Source of the DNA: Dehalococcoidia bacterium
GTDB lineage: Bacteria > Chloroflexota > Dehalococcoidia > Plut-88900
NCBI GenBank assembly: GCA_965197645.1
Contig: OZ240219.1
Coordinates: 2,336,001-2,400,000 of the forward strand
Reading direction: 5' to 3'
DNA: 64,000 bases
The notes under the pieces were generated by a model, which was not told the origin of the DNA, did not search any database, and worked only from the letters and a program-made list of their open reading frames with translations. Shown here in pieces: positions 47,619-57,075 of this stretch (the stretch's first letter is position 1; the number at the start of each line of letters is the position of its first letter). The translations under genes and the position numbers were made by a program.

Positions 47619-49053
47619 GCTCCTTACGATAGTCGGGATGGGCCACTGCGATGAGCTCCCTGGCCCGCTCCCTTACCGATTTGCCCAGCAGCTGGGCTAT
47701 TCCGTACTCAGTGACGACGGTATCGGCGAACGTGCGAGGTATCGTTACGATGGCCCCCTGGACCAGCTGGGGAACTATGCGGGAGACGGAGCCGCCTGCG
47801 GCGGTCGACTTGAGGAGGGTAATAGCCCGTCCGCCTTTCGATAGCACGCCGCCCATGTGCAGCTCCGTCTGACCTCCCGTACCGTTCCACAGCCTGGTGC
47901 CGATGGTCTCCGAGTTTATCTGGCCGGTGAGGTCTACGGATATCGAGTTGTTGATGGCCACGTAGTTATCGTGTGCGGAGACGGTCCGGATGTTCACAAC
48001 GTAATCGGCATCGTGCAGCTCCACCAGGGGGTTGTTATGGGCCCACTCGATCTCGTCCTGCCCGCACCCTTCGACGCTGGTGCCTATCGCCTTACCTCGG
48101 TGAATCATCTTCCGGGTGCCGTTTATAACTCCCTTCTCCACCAGCTTCAGCACCCCTTTAGCCGCCATCTCCGAGTGCCATCCCAGATCCTTCTTGCCAT
48201 CGAAGGCGCCCAGCTGGGGCAGATATTTGCCCGGGCTCCCGATGCCTATCTGGATGGTGCTTCCATCGGGCACCAACTCTGAGACGTAGTCCGCGAAGGG
48301 CCTGGCATCCTCGGGCGGGTCTTCCCAGCCCATCTCCCGGGCCATCCCTTTGACCTCGTTCAGGTCTCCCTCACACAGAGTCGGGACCAGCTCCTGGCGT
48401 TCGAGTCCCGACATGTAGGGCAGATAACCAAGCAGTGTAATCCTCACATCAGCGTCCTTCACCGCCTCTATCATCAGCCGGGCTTCGTCCACGGAGATTT
48501 CGGGGGGATCGTACAGAACTGAACGATCGACATCTGAGATGTGGAAGTAGTTAGCGCCGTAGGTACGGATGTAGGTGGAGTCGTGCTGCGCAACTACCGT
48601 CTTGGCGGTCTGGGCCCACCTGCGATTGTCCCAGACTCCGGCGCCGAAGCTGCAGTACCCGAGCCGGTCGGGCGGAGATAATCGAGTGATGAACACGTCG
48701 GCCTGGAACTCTGTGCTCCGGTGCTCTACATATGGTTTGAACTGGAGGGAGAGGATCATCGGGTAGTAGTCGATGATCTTCTTGTCATATGCGGGCCGGG
48801 CCCCTTCACCGAGATAGAACTGGGAGACGATGTTGAAGGACTCCTGCCACCCCTGGTGCAGCCATGCATGGTCCTCGAAGGGGCCCTGGGTGAGGACCTT
48901 CACTCCCTTTAGCTCGTGCCTCCGAGCTGCCAGTGCATCGATGAGGAAACCGCTAACGGAAGGATCTACAACGACCGTGTCCCCCGACTTGACGACCTGC
49001 GCCGCCTCGTCGGCGGATACCAGGCTGTTGTTGTAGTGTTCTATCCAGTCCAT
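47584..49053 (-). CDS. Acetyl-CoA hydrolase / 4-hydroxybutyrate CoA-transferase family protein
   Basis: Motifs SPPDRLGYCSFG, IQIGIG, HSEM, VDLTGQINSE, GGQ and VVTEYG. Confidence 0.9.
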   Translation of the reverse strand: MDWIEHYNNSLVSADEAAQVVKSGDTVVVDPSVSGFLIDALAARRHELKGVKVLTQGPFEDHAWLHQGWQESFNIVSQFYLGEGARPAYDKKIIDYYPMILSLQFKPYVEHRSTEFQADVFITRLSPPDRLGYCSFGAGVWDNRRWAQTAKTVVAQHDSTYIRTYGANYFHISDVDRSVLYDPPEISVDEARLMIEAVKDADVRITLLGYLPYMSGLERQELVPTLCEGDLNEVKGMAREMGWEDPPEDARPFADYVSELVPDGSTIQIGIGSPGKYLPQLGAFDGKKDLGWHSEMAAKGVLKLVEKGVINGTRKMIHRGKAIGTSVEGCGQDEIEWAHNNPLVELHDADYVVNIRTVSAHDNYVAINNSISVDLTGQINSETIGTRLWNGTGGQTELHMGGVLSKGGRAITLLKSTAAGGSVSRIVPQLVQGAIVTIPRTFADTVVTEYGIAQLLGKSVRERARELIAVAHPDYRKELRKAADQLYYP

Positions 49054-49125
49054 GAGTATGCCAGTCTCGTGAGCGATCTACATTTCCAGGGACAGACCCA
49101 TGATATCTGCGAGTCCAAGAACGGC

Positions 49126-49167
49126 AAGGGGGCTGGCCTTCCGTGGAAGGCCAGCCCCTCTTCTTTT
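49126..49167. terminator. Intrinsic terminator-like hairpin after SBP copy 1
   Basis: GGGGCTGGCCTTCC-GT-GGAAGGCCAGCCCC followed by TCTTCTTTT on the plus strand. Confidence 0.75.
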
Positions 49168-49199
49168 AGGCTATGTCCTATGTTGCGTAATCGGCTTGT

Positions 49200-50603
49200 C
49201 TACAGGCCCTGCTGCCACTCCAAGTACTGCTCGTAATTGGTGTCGGTGTTCTCACCCCACCACTTGTTGTTGAAGAATATGGCGTACTGGATGTTGGCAG
49301 CCGAGGTGGGCAACTCATCCCTCACTTCGTCAAACTCCGGTGCGTCCAGGAAGGGGAGCGACTTTACGTTGAGCGGCCCGTAGCTGATGTACTTGGAAAG
49401 TTGGGCGTTCCTCTCCGGGAACGAGGTCCAGGCGAGGAAAAGCTGGGCGAGAGTGAACTTGCGTGGGTCCTCCTCCGCCAAGCCTTTGATTATCATGAAG
49501 CTCTCGGCGTGGAGTACGTGACCGCAATGCCAGCAGATGGCGATGGGAGCACCCTCCTTGGCGGCGTCGTAGATTCGGCCGTTCCAGGCGGTGCACATGT
49601 CCAACTCGCCGCTGATGAGAAGCTGTGGGCAGTCGGAACCGGTCTGCCAGAAAAGGGCTACCTGGTCTTTGTGCTGGTTGAACAGCTCATAGGCGCGCTC
49701 CAGCTGGTCGTCGTTCAGGGTGCCCAGGCTGGCCCTGCCCTCCGAGGTGTCGAGAAGCGACGGGTTCTCGCCCAGCAGGGTAAAGATCAGCTCGGGGTCC
49801 GGATAGTATGCCCAGCCGCGTCGGCCCGGGTACCTTTCGGTGTCGTAGAAGGCCGACATGTCGGGCAGACCGTTGGGGTAGGATTCGGTGTTGTAGGCCA
49901 ACACCTCTGACCATGTGAGGCCGCCGCCGCCGGTCCAAGGAGTCCTGTCCACTTCCAGCATGTCCCGGTTGTCGATGATGCTGAAGTCCAGCATCTCGAG
50001 CTCGTCGTTGGGGCCGAACTGCCAGGCCCCGGGCCCGCCCCAGGAGATCACGTCCCACTGGATGTTGCCCGTCTCCACCTGGGCCCTGATCTTGGCGGCG
50101 GAGGGTAGCGTCTCTTCAATGATCTCGATGCCGAACTGCTCTTGGAACGGGATGAGGTACGCCTGGCGCTGGGCCGCCTGGTAAGCGCCGCCCCAGGAGA
50201 TGAACACGAAGCTTTCGCCCCGGTGGTTCACCAGCTCAGCCTCTATCTCTGCCTTGGTGGCGGGATTGTCCACCGTCCACTGGTCCATGGGCCTAAGACC
50301 ATCGTCCGGGGTCTCCTCCACCATCACCTCCTCAGGCATTGCCTCTGGGGTCTCCTCCACCATCACCTCCTCGGGCATTGCCTCCGGGGTCTCCTCCACC
50401 ATCACCTCTTCGGGCATTGCCTCCGGGGTCTCCTCCACCATCACCTCCTCAGGCATCGCCTCTGGGGTCTCCTCCACCATCACCTCGGTCGGCTCTGGTG
50501 TAGCTGCCTCACCACAGGCGGCCGCGACAAGCATCAGCACCATCAGTGTGGTAACGATGCCGATTAGCGCCCGCCTTCGGGTTATCGCTTTGTATAGTTT
50601 CAA
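49200..50603 (-). CDS. PotD-like (polyamine/opine-type) extracellular solute-binding lipoprotein, copy 1
   Basis: Lipobox VAAAC, SWGGAYQAAQR, IRAQVETGNIQWD, YPGRRG and AWNGR. TTG start follows AGGAGG. Confidence 0.9.
   Translation of the reverse strand: MKLYKAITRRRALIGIVTTLMVLMLVAAACGEAATPEPTEVMVEETPEAMPEEVMVEETPEAMPEEVMVEETPEAMPEEVMVEETPEAMPEEVMVEETPDDGLRPMDQWTVDNPATKAEIEAELVNHRGESFVFISWGGAYQAAQRQAYLIPFQEQFGIEIIEETLPSAAKIRAQVETGNIQWDVISWGGPGAWQFGPNDELEMLDFSIIDNRDMLEVDRTPWTGGGGLTWSEVLAYNTESYPNGLPDMSAFYDTERYPGRRGWAYYPDPELIFTLLGENPSLLDTSEGRASLGTLNDDQLERAYELFNQHKDQVALFWQTGSDCPQLLISGELDMCTAWNGRIYDAAKEGAPIAICWHCGHVLHAESFMIIKGLAEEDPRKFTLAQLFLAWTSFPERNAQLSKYISYGPLNVKSLPFLDAPEFDEVRDELPTSAANIQYAIFFNNKWWGENTDTNYEQYLEWQQGL
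50306..50486 (-). repeat. 39-bp coding tandem repeat (EVMVEETPEAMPE, about 4.6 units), copy 1
   Basis: GTCTCCTCCACCATCACCTC recurs every 39 bp. Confidence 0.92.
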
Positions 50604-50864
50604 TTTACTGACCTCCTGAATCTAAGTCCGCTGTTTCTCGGATGGGGTGTCCGCCGCCGGCAACTCACTTGATGCCCATAGCGCACTGCCGGCTGCCAAC
50701 ACCATGGAACGGAGGGGGTATGCCTCTGGTGACGAAAAACTTATGGATAGATTTTTTCCGGTGGGGAGGCATGGCGGCGTTCTACGGGGGGAAGGAATCA
50801 GAGCTACTTGGATCATCCCTGCGACAGGACCTGTGTCCTCGTAGGTCTATAGAAGTAAAACGAG

Positions 50865-50893
50865 ATTATAGGTGGGAAGATAGGCCTAGTCAA
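50865..50893 (-). promoter_or_regulatory. sigma70-type promoter of SBP copy 1
   Basis: Minus strand TTGACT-N17-TATAAT. Confidence 0.75.
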
Positions 50894-51006
50894 TTCGGCG
50901 GGAAGGAGGCCGTTCAATTCAGTACCACCGTACCGGGCGCCCAGCACCGATCGCCAATTTGGCGAAAAGCCGGAAAGCAATCGGCATCAGAAAGTTCGAC
51001 GATAGC

Positions 51007-51049
51007 AAGAGGGGCTGGCCTTCCACGGAAGGCCAGCCCCTCTTCTTTT
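51007..51049. terminator. Intrinsic terminator-like hairpin after SBP copy 2
   Basis: AAGAGGGGCTGGCCTTCC-AC-GGAAGGCCAGCCCCTCTT. Confidence 0.75.
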
Positions 51050-51081
51050 AGGCTATGTCCTATGTTGCGTAATCGGCTTGT

Positions 51082-52485
51082 CTACAGGCCCTGCTGCCAC
51101 TCCAAGTACTGCTCGTAATTGGTGTCGGTGTTCTCACCCCACCACTTGTTGTTGAAGAATATGGCGTACTGGATGTTGGCAGCCGAAGTGGGCAACTCAT
51201 CCCTCACTTCGTCAAACTCCGGCGCGTCCAGGAAGGGGAGCGACTTTACGTTGAGCGGCCCGTAGCTGATGTACTTGGAAAGTTGGGCGTTCCTCTCCGG
51301 GAACGAGGTCCAGGCGAGGAAAAGCTGGGCGAGAGTGAACTTGCGTGGGTCCTCCTCCGCCAAGCCTTTGATTATCATGAAGCTCTCGGCGTGGAGTACG
51401 TGACCGCAATGCCAGCAGATGGCGATGGGAGCACCCTCCTTGGCGGCGTCGTAGATTCGGCCGTTCCAGGCGGTGCACATGTCCAACTCGCCGCTGATGA
51501 GAAGCTGTGGGCAGTCGGAACCGGTCTGCCAGAAAAGGGCTACCTGGTCTTTGTGCTGGTTGAACAGCTCATAGGCGCGCTCCAGCTGGTCGTCGTTCAG
51601 GGTGCCCAGGCTGGCCCTGCCCTCCGAGGTGTCGAGAAGCGACGGGTTCTCGCCCAGCAGGGTAAAGATCAGCTCGGGGTCCGGATAGTATGCCCAGCCG
51701 CGTCGGCCCGGGTACCTTTCGGTGTCGTAGAAGGCCGACATGTCGGGCAGACCGTTGGGGTAGGATTCGGTGTTGTAGGCCAACACCTCTGACCATGTGA
51801 GGCCGCCGCCGCCGGTCCAAGGAGTCCTGTCCACTTCCAGCATGTCCCGGTTGTCGATGATGCTGAAGTCCAGCATCTCGAGCTCGTCGTTGGGGCCGAA
51901 CTGCCAGGCTCCGGGCCCGCCCCAGGAGATCACGTCCCACTGGATGTTGCCCGTCTCCACCTGGGCCCTGATCTTGGCGGCGGAGGGTAGCGTCTCTTCA
52001 ATGATCTCGATGCCGAACTGCTCTTGGAACGGGATGAGGTACGCCTGGCGCTGGGCCGCCTGGTAGGCGCCGCCCCAGGAGATGAACACGAAGCTTTCGC
52101 CCCGGTGGTTCACCAGCTCAGCCTCTATCTCTGCCTTGGTGGCGGGATTGTCCACCGTCCACTGGTCCATGGGCCTAAGACCATCGTCCGGGGTCTCCTC
52201 CACCATCACCTCCTCAGGCATTGCCTCTGGGGTCTCCTCCACCATCACCTCCTCGGGCATTGCCTCCGGAGTCTCCTCCACCATCACCTCCTCGGGCATT
52301 GCCTCCGGGGTCTCCTCCACCATCACCTCCTCAGGCATTGCCTCTGGGGTCTCCTCCACCATCACCTCGGTCGGCTCTGGTGTAGCTGCCTCACCACAGG
52401 CGGCCGCGACAAGCATCAGCACCATCAGTGTGGTAACGATGCCAAGTAGCGCCCGCCTTCGGGTTATCGCTTTGTATAGTTTCAA
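51082..52485 (-). CDS. PotD-like extracellular solute-binding lipoprotein, copy 2
   Basis: Same protein as 49200-50603 except L14. Confidence 0.9.
   Translation of the reverse strand: MKLYKAITRRRALLGIVTTLMVLMLVAAACGEAATPEPTEVMVEETPEAMPEEVMVEETPEAMPEEVMVEETPEAMPEEVMVEETPEAMPEEVMVEETPDDGLRPMDQWTVDNPATKAEIEAELVNHRGESFVFISWGGAYQAAQRQAYLIPFQEQFGIEIIEETLPSAAKIRAQVETGNIQWDVISWGGPGAWQFGPNDELEMLDFSIIDNRDMLEVDRTPWTGGGGLTWSEVLAYNTESYPNGLPDMSAFYDTERYPGRRGWAYYPDPELIFTLLGENPSLLDTSEGRASLGTLNDDQLERAYELFNQHKDQVALFWQTGSDCPQLLISGELDMCTAWNGRIYDAAKEGAPIAICWHCGHVLHAESFMIIKGLAEEDPRKFTLAQLFLAWTSFPERNAQLSKYISYGPLNVKSLPFLDAPEFDEVRDELPTSAANIQYAIFFNNKWWGENTDTNYEQYLEWQQGL
52188..52368 (-). repeat. 39-bp coding tandem repeat, copy 2
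   Basis: Same as 50306-50486, with a few synonymous differences. Confidence 0.92.
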
Positions 52486-52740
52486 TTTACTGACCTCCTG
52501 AATCTAAGTCCGCTGTTTCTCGGATGGGGTGTCCGCCGCCGGCAACTCACTTGATGCCCATAGCGCACTGCCGGCTGCCAACACCATGGAACGGAGGGGG
52601 TATGCCCCTGGTGACGAAAAGCTTATGGATAGATTTTTTCCGGTGTGGAATCATGATGGGGATCACGGGAGGGGTGCCACGACGGGTTGGATCATGAGCG
52701 GCGGCCCCAAGTCCTCGTTGGTCTACAGGTATAGAAGTAG

Positions 52741-52770
52741 ATTATAGTCCTGAAAGATAGACGTGGTCAA
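52741..52770 (-). promoter_or_regulatory. sigma70-type promoter of SBP copy 2
   Basis: Minus strand TTGACC-N18-TATAAT. Confidence 0.7.
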
Positions 52771-53010
52771 TCAGTCCGGAGGAGGGCTCAACAAATGCCG
52801 CCCTTAGAGCCGTCCCGTCCGGATGATTCGATTTGCCGAAGCGAAAGCATGGCGTGTCTCTCCCCAGCCTCAACGTTCCGGAACCCCCAACCCGAGACGG
52901 GCCCTAATCGGTTCAGGCTTTGACCTATCGGCCCACCGGTGATAGCCTAGTCACACCCTAATCCACCCCGCTCGTTGTGGAGTCGTCTTCTAACTCGGAG
53001 GAGATATGCC

Positions 53011-54285
53011 GTGAAGTTTGGGATCTTTTACGAACACCAGATGGGACGGCCTTGGGAAGAAGACAGCGAACATAAGCTGTTCAAGGACGCACTGGACCAG
53101 GTCGAGTTGGCCGACCGCCTGGGCTACGACTACGTCTGGGAAGTGGAGCATCACTTCCTCGAAGAGTATTCCCACTCCTCCGCGCCCGAGGTCTTCCTGG
53201 CCGGGTGCAGTCAACGCACCAAGAACATCCGCCTGGGCCACGGCATAGTCCTCATGCCTCCGGGCTACAATCATCCCGCCAAGGTAGCCTCTCGAATCTC
53301 CACCCTGGACCTGATCAGCGACGGCCGGGTGGATTGGGGCACCGGCGAGTCTAGCTCTCACCTGGAGATGGGCGGTTTCCGGGTCCCTCGAGAGGAGAAG
53401 CAGGAGATGTGGCTCGAGGCCACGGAGGAAGCGGCCAAGATGATGGCTGCCAATCCCTACCCGGGCTACGATGGCAAGTACTTTTCGATGCCCCATCGTA
53501 ACGTGGTGCCCAAGCCCCTCCAGCAACCCCACCCTCCCCTGTGGATGGCCTGCAACGGTAGGGACGCGGTCCTTCACGCCGCCCGCCTGGGCATCGGCGC
53601 GCTGACCATCACCTTTGTGGAGCCTGGTGAAGCGAAGGAGTTGGTCGACGAGTACTACCACACCTTCAAGACCGAGTGCCGGCCCATCGGCCAGGCCGTC
53701 AATCCCAACGTAGCCATGGTGGACTCCATGATGTGCCACGAGGATGAAGCCGAGGCCAACGCCAGGGGCGTGGAGGGCATCCGCTACTTCAGCTACGCCC
53801 TCAGCCACTACTTCATGCACGGCACCCACGTCCCCGGCCGCTTCGATGTTTGGGACGACTTCAAGAAGAACTGGTCCCCCTCCAACGAATTGAAGGAGGT
53901 CTGGGCCGTAGGCACACCGGACCAGCTTAGCGAGTACCTGAAGACCTACGAAGAGGCCGGCGTGGACCAGGTCGTCTTCATCCAACAGGCCGGACGGACC
54001 AAGCACGAGCACATCCGCGAAGCCCTCGATCTTTTCGGTCGGAAGGTGATGCCCGGGTTCAAGGAGCGGGATGCGGAACAGGTCCAGCGTAAGATGGACG
54101 ACCTGGCGCCTTACATCGCCGAGGCCAATAGTCGAGTGCCGCCTATAGCCAAGCTGGATCCTATCCCGCCCGTGGAATCCTATGGAGTCATGGATGAACG
54201 CGCAGGCGAGGAGAGGCAGAGGGACGGCCTGGCCGGCAAAGTGGAGCGGGAGCTGCAGCTGGATAAAAGCTCCAAGGAAGGCTAA
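53011..54285 (+). CDS. LLM-class flavin-dependent oxidoreductase
   Basis: Motifs MKFGIFYEHQ, WEVEHHFLEEYSHSSAPE and PKPLQQPHPPLW. GTG 53011 follows GGAGG; upstream TTGACC-N17-TAGCCT. Confidence 0.9.
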   Translation: MKFGIFYEHQMGRPWEEDSEHKLFKDALDQVELADRLGYDYVWEVEHHFLEEYSHSSAPEVFLAGCSQRTKNIRLGHGIVLMPPGYNHPAKVASRISTLDLISDGRVDWGTGESSSHLEMGGFRVPREEKQEMWLEATEEAAKMMAANPYPGYDGKYFSMPHRNVVPKPLQQPHPPLWMACNGRDAVLHAARLGIGALTITFVEPGEAKELVDEYYHTFKTECRPIGQAVNPNVAMVDSMMCHEDEAEANARGVEGIRYFSYALSHYFMHGTHVPGRFDVWDDFKKNWSPSNELKEVWAVGTPDQLSEYLKTYEEAGVDQVVFIQQAGRTKHEHIREALDLFGRKVMPGFKERDAEQVQRKMDDLAPYIAEANSRVPPIAKLDPIPPVESYGVMDERAGEERQRDGLAGKVERELQLDKSSKEG

Positions 54286-54350
54286 TCTTGAGATCGGGGC
54301 ACTTTGCTCGTGAAATCCGATAAAACTCGTTCCCATCGGGAACTACAACC

Positions 54351-55511
54351 GTGAAATTCTCCATATTCACCACTATCACTGAGCCTGAGTATCAGGCCAC
54401 GCCCGACGAGAAGCTGGACATGCTCAGGGAGCAGGTCGTGCTGGCGGAGGAGATGGGCTTCTACGGGGTATGGCTGGGCGAGCACCACTTCGGGCCCTAC
54501 GGCAGCGGCGACGTGCCCAACCCCATCATCGTCGGCGCCGACCTGGCCGCCCGTACCAGCAGGATAAAGATAGGCCAGATGGCCAACATAGCCGTGTGGT
54601 GGCACCCGATTCGGCTGGCCGAGGACCTGGCCATCCTGGACAACCTGACCAAGGGCAGGATGGAGGTTGGCTTTGGTAGGGGCATATGGCCCTATGAAGG
54701 CCCCCAGTTCCATCCCAACGCCGACCCTCGCAAGGACAAGGAGAACAGAGAGCTGTTCGCCGAGGTGATCGAGGTCGTAAAGAAGGTATGGACCCAGGAG
54801 TACTTCTCCCACGAGGGTCCCAACTTCAAGTTTCCCGCCGACGACACCGAGTTCTCACATCCCCTGTATCCCTCGAACCCCGAGTGGCAGGATGGGGCGA
54901 AGGTCAACAAGCTGAGAGTGACCCCCAAACCGTATCAAAAGCCTCACCCGCCTCTATGGGCGACAGTCTCCACCGACAGATCGGTCACCATGGCCGCGGA
55001 GTTGGGACTGAACGCCTGCTATGGGCAGCCTCCCGTCCGCAGGGTGAGGCAGCGATGTGAGACCTATGCACGCGTGCGCTCCCAGGTGGAGGGGCGACCG
55101 TATGCCCTCGGAGAGGCCCAAGTGCTGGTACGCAGCGCCTACATCGCTCGGACGATGGAGGAAGCCAGGCGGGTGGCTGGAGAGGGAATCGTAGCGCCCT
55201 TCGCCTACAACGATCCCTTCCGCGGCCTGGATATCTTCCTGAACCCCGGCGAGAAGCAGACCCCCGATATGAAGCTGGACTGGGACTTCCTGGAGCCCCG
55301 CAACCTTTTGGTAGGGCCCCCCGATCACGTCATCGAGAGGATAGAAGAGACCAGAGAGGTCACCGGCATCGACCATATCATTATTGGACACGATCACCCG
55401 GGAGTCCCCCAGAAGAAGACCCTCGAGAACCTGGAGATGTTCGCCACAAAGGTGATGCCCTACTTTCGGGACTTGGAGGAGAAGCAGGCCGACGCCGTAG
55501 CGGCGTCTTGA
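54351..55511 (+). CDS. LLM-class flavin-dependent oxidoreductase (tandem paralog A)
   Basis: Motifs WLGEHHF, HPIRLAED, GFGRG and PKPYQKPHPP. Confidence 0.9.
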   Translation: MKFSIFTTITEPEYQATPDEKLDMLREQVVLAEEMGFYGVWLGEHHFGPYGSGDVPNPIIVGADLAARTSRIKIGQMANIAVWWHPIRLAEDLAILDNLTKGRMEVGFGRGIWPYEGPQFHPNADPRKDKENRELFAEVIEVVKKVWTQEYFSHEGPNFKFPADDTEFSHPLYPSNPEWQDGAKVNKLRVTPKPYQKPHPPLWATVSTDRSVTMAAELGLNACYGQPPVRRVRQRCETYARVRSQVEGRPYALGEAQVLVRSAYIARTMEEARRVAGEGIVAPFAYNDPFRGLDIFLNPGEKQTPDMKLDWDFLEPRNLLVGPPDHVIERIEETREVTGIDHIIIGHDHPGVPQKKTLENLEMFATKVMPYFRDLEEKQADAVAAS

Positions 55512-55802
55512 CAGGGTGTTTCCCAGAGCGCCGATTGGAGAGCCCAGAGTGCTTCTTTTCCCGAGTGACAGGGCGGGGCCCAGCTATACACCGGACCGCT
55601 AACGTCGGCGACTCCGTTTCCAACTGCGGGAGCAAAGGGTACGTGTCTCCAGCTTTAAGGCCATCCCAATACAGGCGGTGGGTGGGCTATCGCAAAAGGG
55701 GAGTATGCTTTGAGAAACAGGGCCATGGTGAGTCAAGTTCTGGAACAATAGGGTGCGTTTGACATATAATCCACAGAGATTCACTGCTAGGGGGCCAACA
55801 TC

Positions 55803-56963
55803 ATGAAGTTCTCAATATTCACCACTATCACTGAGCCTGAGTATCAGGCGACGCCTGACAAGAAGCTGGACTTGCTCAGGGAGCAGGTCGTGCTGGCCGA
55901 GGAGATGGGTTTCTACGGCATATGGATGGGCGAGCACCACTTCGGGCCCTACGGCAGCGGCGACGTGCCCAACCCCATCATCGTCGGCGCCGACCTGGCC
56001 GCCCGCACCAGCAGGATAATGATAGGTCAGATGGCCAACATCGCCGTTTGGTGGCATCCTATCCGGCTGGCCGAAGACCTGGCCATCCTGGACAACCTGT
56101 CCAAGGGCAGGATGGAGGTGGGCTTCGGTCGGGGCATCTGGCCCTATGAAGGTCCCCAGTTCCATCCCAACGCCGATCCCCGCAAGGACAAGGAGAACCG
56201 GGAGCTGTTCGCCGAGGTGATCGAGGTCGTGAAGAAGGTATGGACCCAGGAGTACTTCTCCCACGAGGGTCCCAACTTCAAGTTCCCCGCCGACGGCACG
56301 GAGTTCTCCCATCCCCTGTATCCCTCCAATCCCGAATGGCAGGACGGGGCGACAGTGAAGAAGCTGAGGATAACCCCCAAGCCGTACCAGAAACCCCACC
56401 CGCCCCTGTGGGCGACGGTCTCCACCGACCGATCGGTAACCATGGCGGCGGAGCTGGGGTTGAACGCCTGCTACTGGCAACCGCCCGCCCGCAGGATGAA
56501 GGAGCGGTGCGAGACCTACAAGCGGGTCCGCTCCCAGGTGGAAGGTCGACCCTACGCCCTTGGCGAGGCCCAGGCGGTAATGCGTAACACCTACGTCGCT
56601 CCGACGATGGAGGAGGCCAAGCGGGTGGCGGAGGAGGGGATAATGTCCACCTTCACCTACAACGATCCCTTCCGCGGCATGCAGGTCTTCATGAACCCCG
56701 GCGAGGAGCTCACCCCCGACATGAAGCTGGACTGGGACTTCCTCGAGCCTAGAGCCCTGTTGGTCGGCCCGCCCGATCACGTCATTGAGAGAATAGAGGA
56801 GACCAGGGATATCACCGGCGTCGACCATATCCTCATCGGCCATGCTCACACGGGCGTTTCCCAGAAGGATACCCTCAAAAACCTGGAAACGTTCGCTACG
56901 AAGGTGATGCCCTACTTCCAGGACTCGGAGGAGAGACGGACCAGCGCCGCCGCAGCCTCCTGA
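55803..56963 (+). CDS. LLM-class flavin-dependent oxidoreductase (tandem paralog B)
   Basis: Same length (386 aa) as paralog A and colinear with it. Confidence 0.9.
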   Translation: MKFSIFTTITEPEYQATPDKKLDLLREQVVLAEEMGFYGIWMGEHHFGPYGSGDVPNPIIVGADLAARTSRIMIGQMANIAVWWHPIRLAEDLAILDNLSKGRMEVGFGRGIWPYEGPQFHPNADPRKDKENRELFAEVIEVVKKVWTQEYFSHEGPNFKFPADGTEFSHPLYPSNPEWQDGATVKKLRITPKPYQKPHPPLWATVSTDRSVTMAAELGLNACYWQPPARRMKERCETYKRVRSQVEGRPYALGEAQAVMRNTYVAPTMEEAKRVAEEGIMSTFTYNDPFRGMQVFMNPGEELTPDMKLDWDFLEPRALLVGPPDHVIERIEETRDITGVDHILIGHAHTGVSQKDTLKNLETFATKVMPYFQDSEERRTSAAAAS

Positions 56964-57075
56964 TAGAGCCTGCTTCAGGACTCCGCATCTAGGGATTCTC
57001 GAGGAGGGTTCCACTCCTCGGCGTAGGAGTTGGGTCAGGTTTCGGTCCTCAGACAAGAAGTACGAAGATGGCCTG

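Larger units (their letters stand above)
49124..52645. repeat. Tandem duplication: about 1.64-kb near-identical units (49124-50763 and 51005-52645), period 1882 bp
   Basis: Terminator, CDS and about 160 nt of leader are nearly identical; the proteins differ at one residue (I14/L14). Confidence 0.95.

Noticed and set aside
50306-50486. 39-bp repeats (and the 24-bp repeats at 28247-28353) as a CRISPR array
   Set aside because: Units are contiguous and in-frame, vary at synonymous positions and have no unique spacers; no cas genes are present.
55759-55770. TTGACA immediately followed by TATAAT upstream of LLM paralog B
   Set aside because: Zero spacing cannot form one promoter. One hexamer may be functional, but I cannot assign a partner, so it is treated as coincidence.
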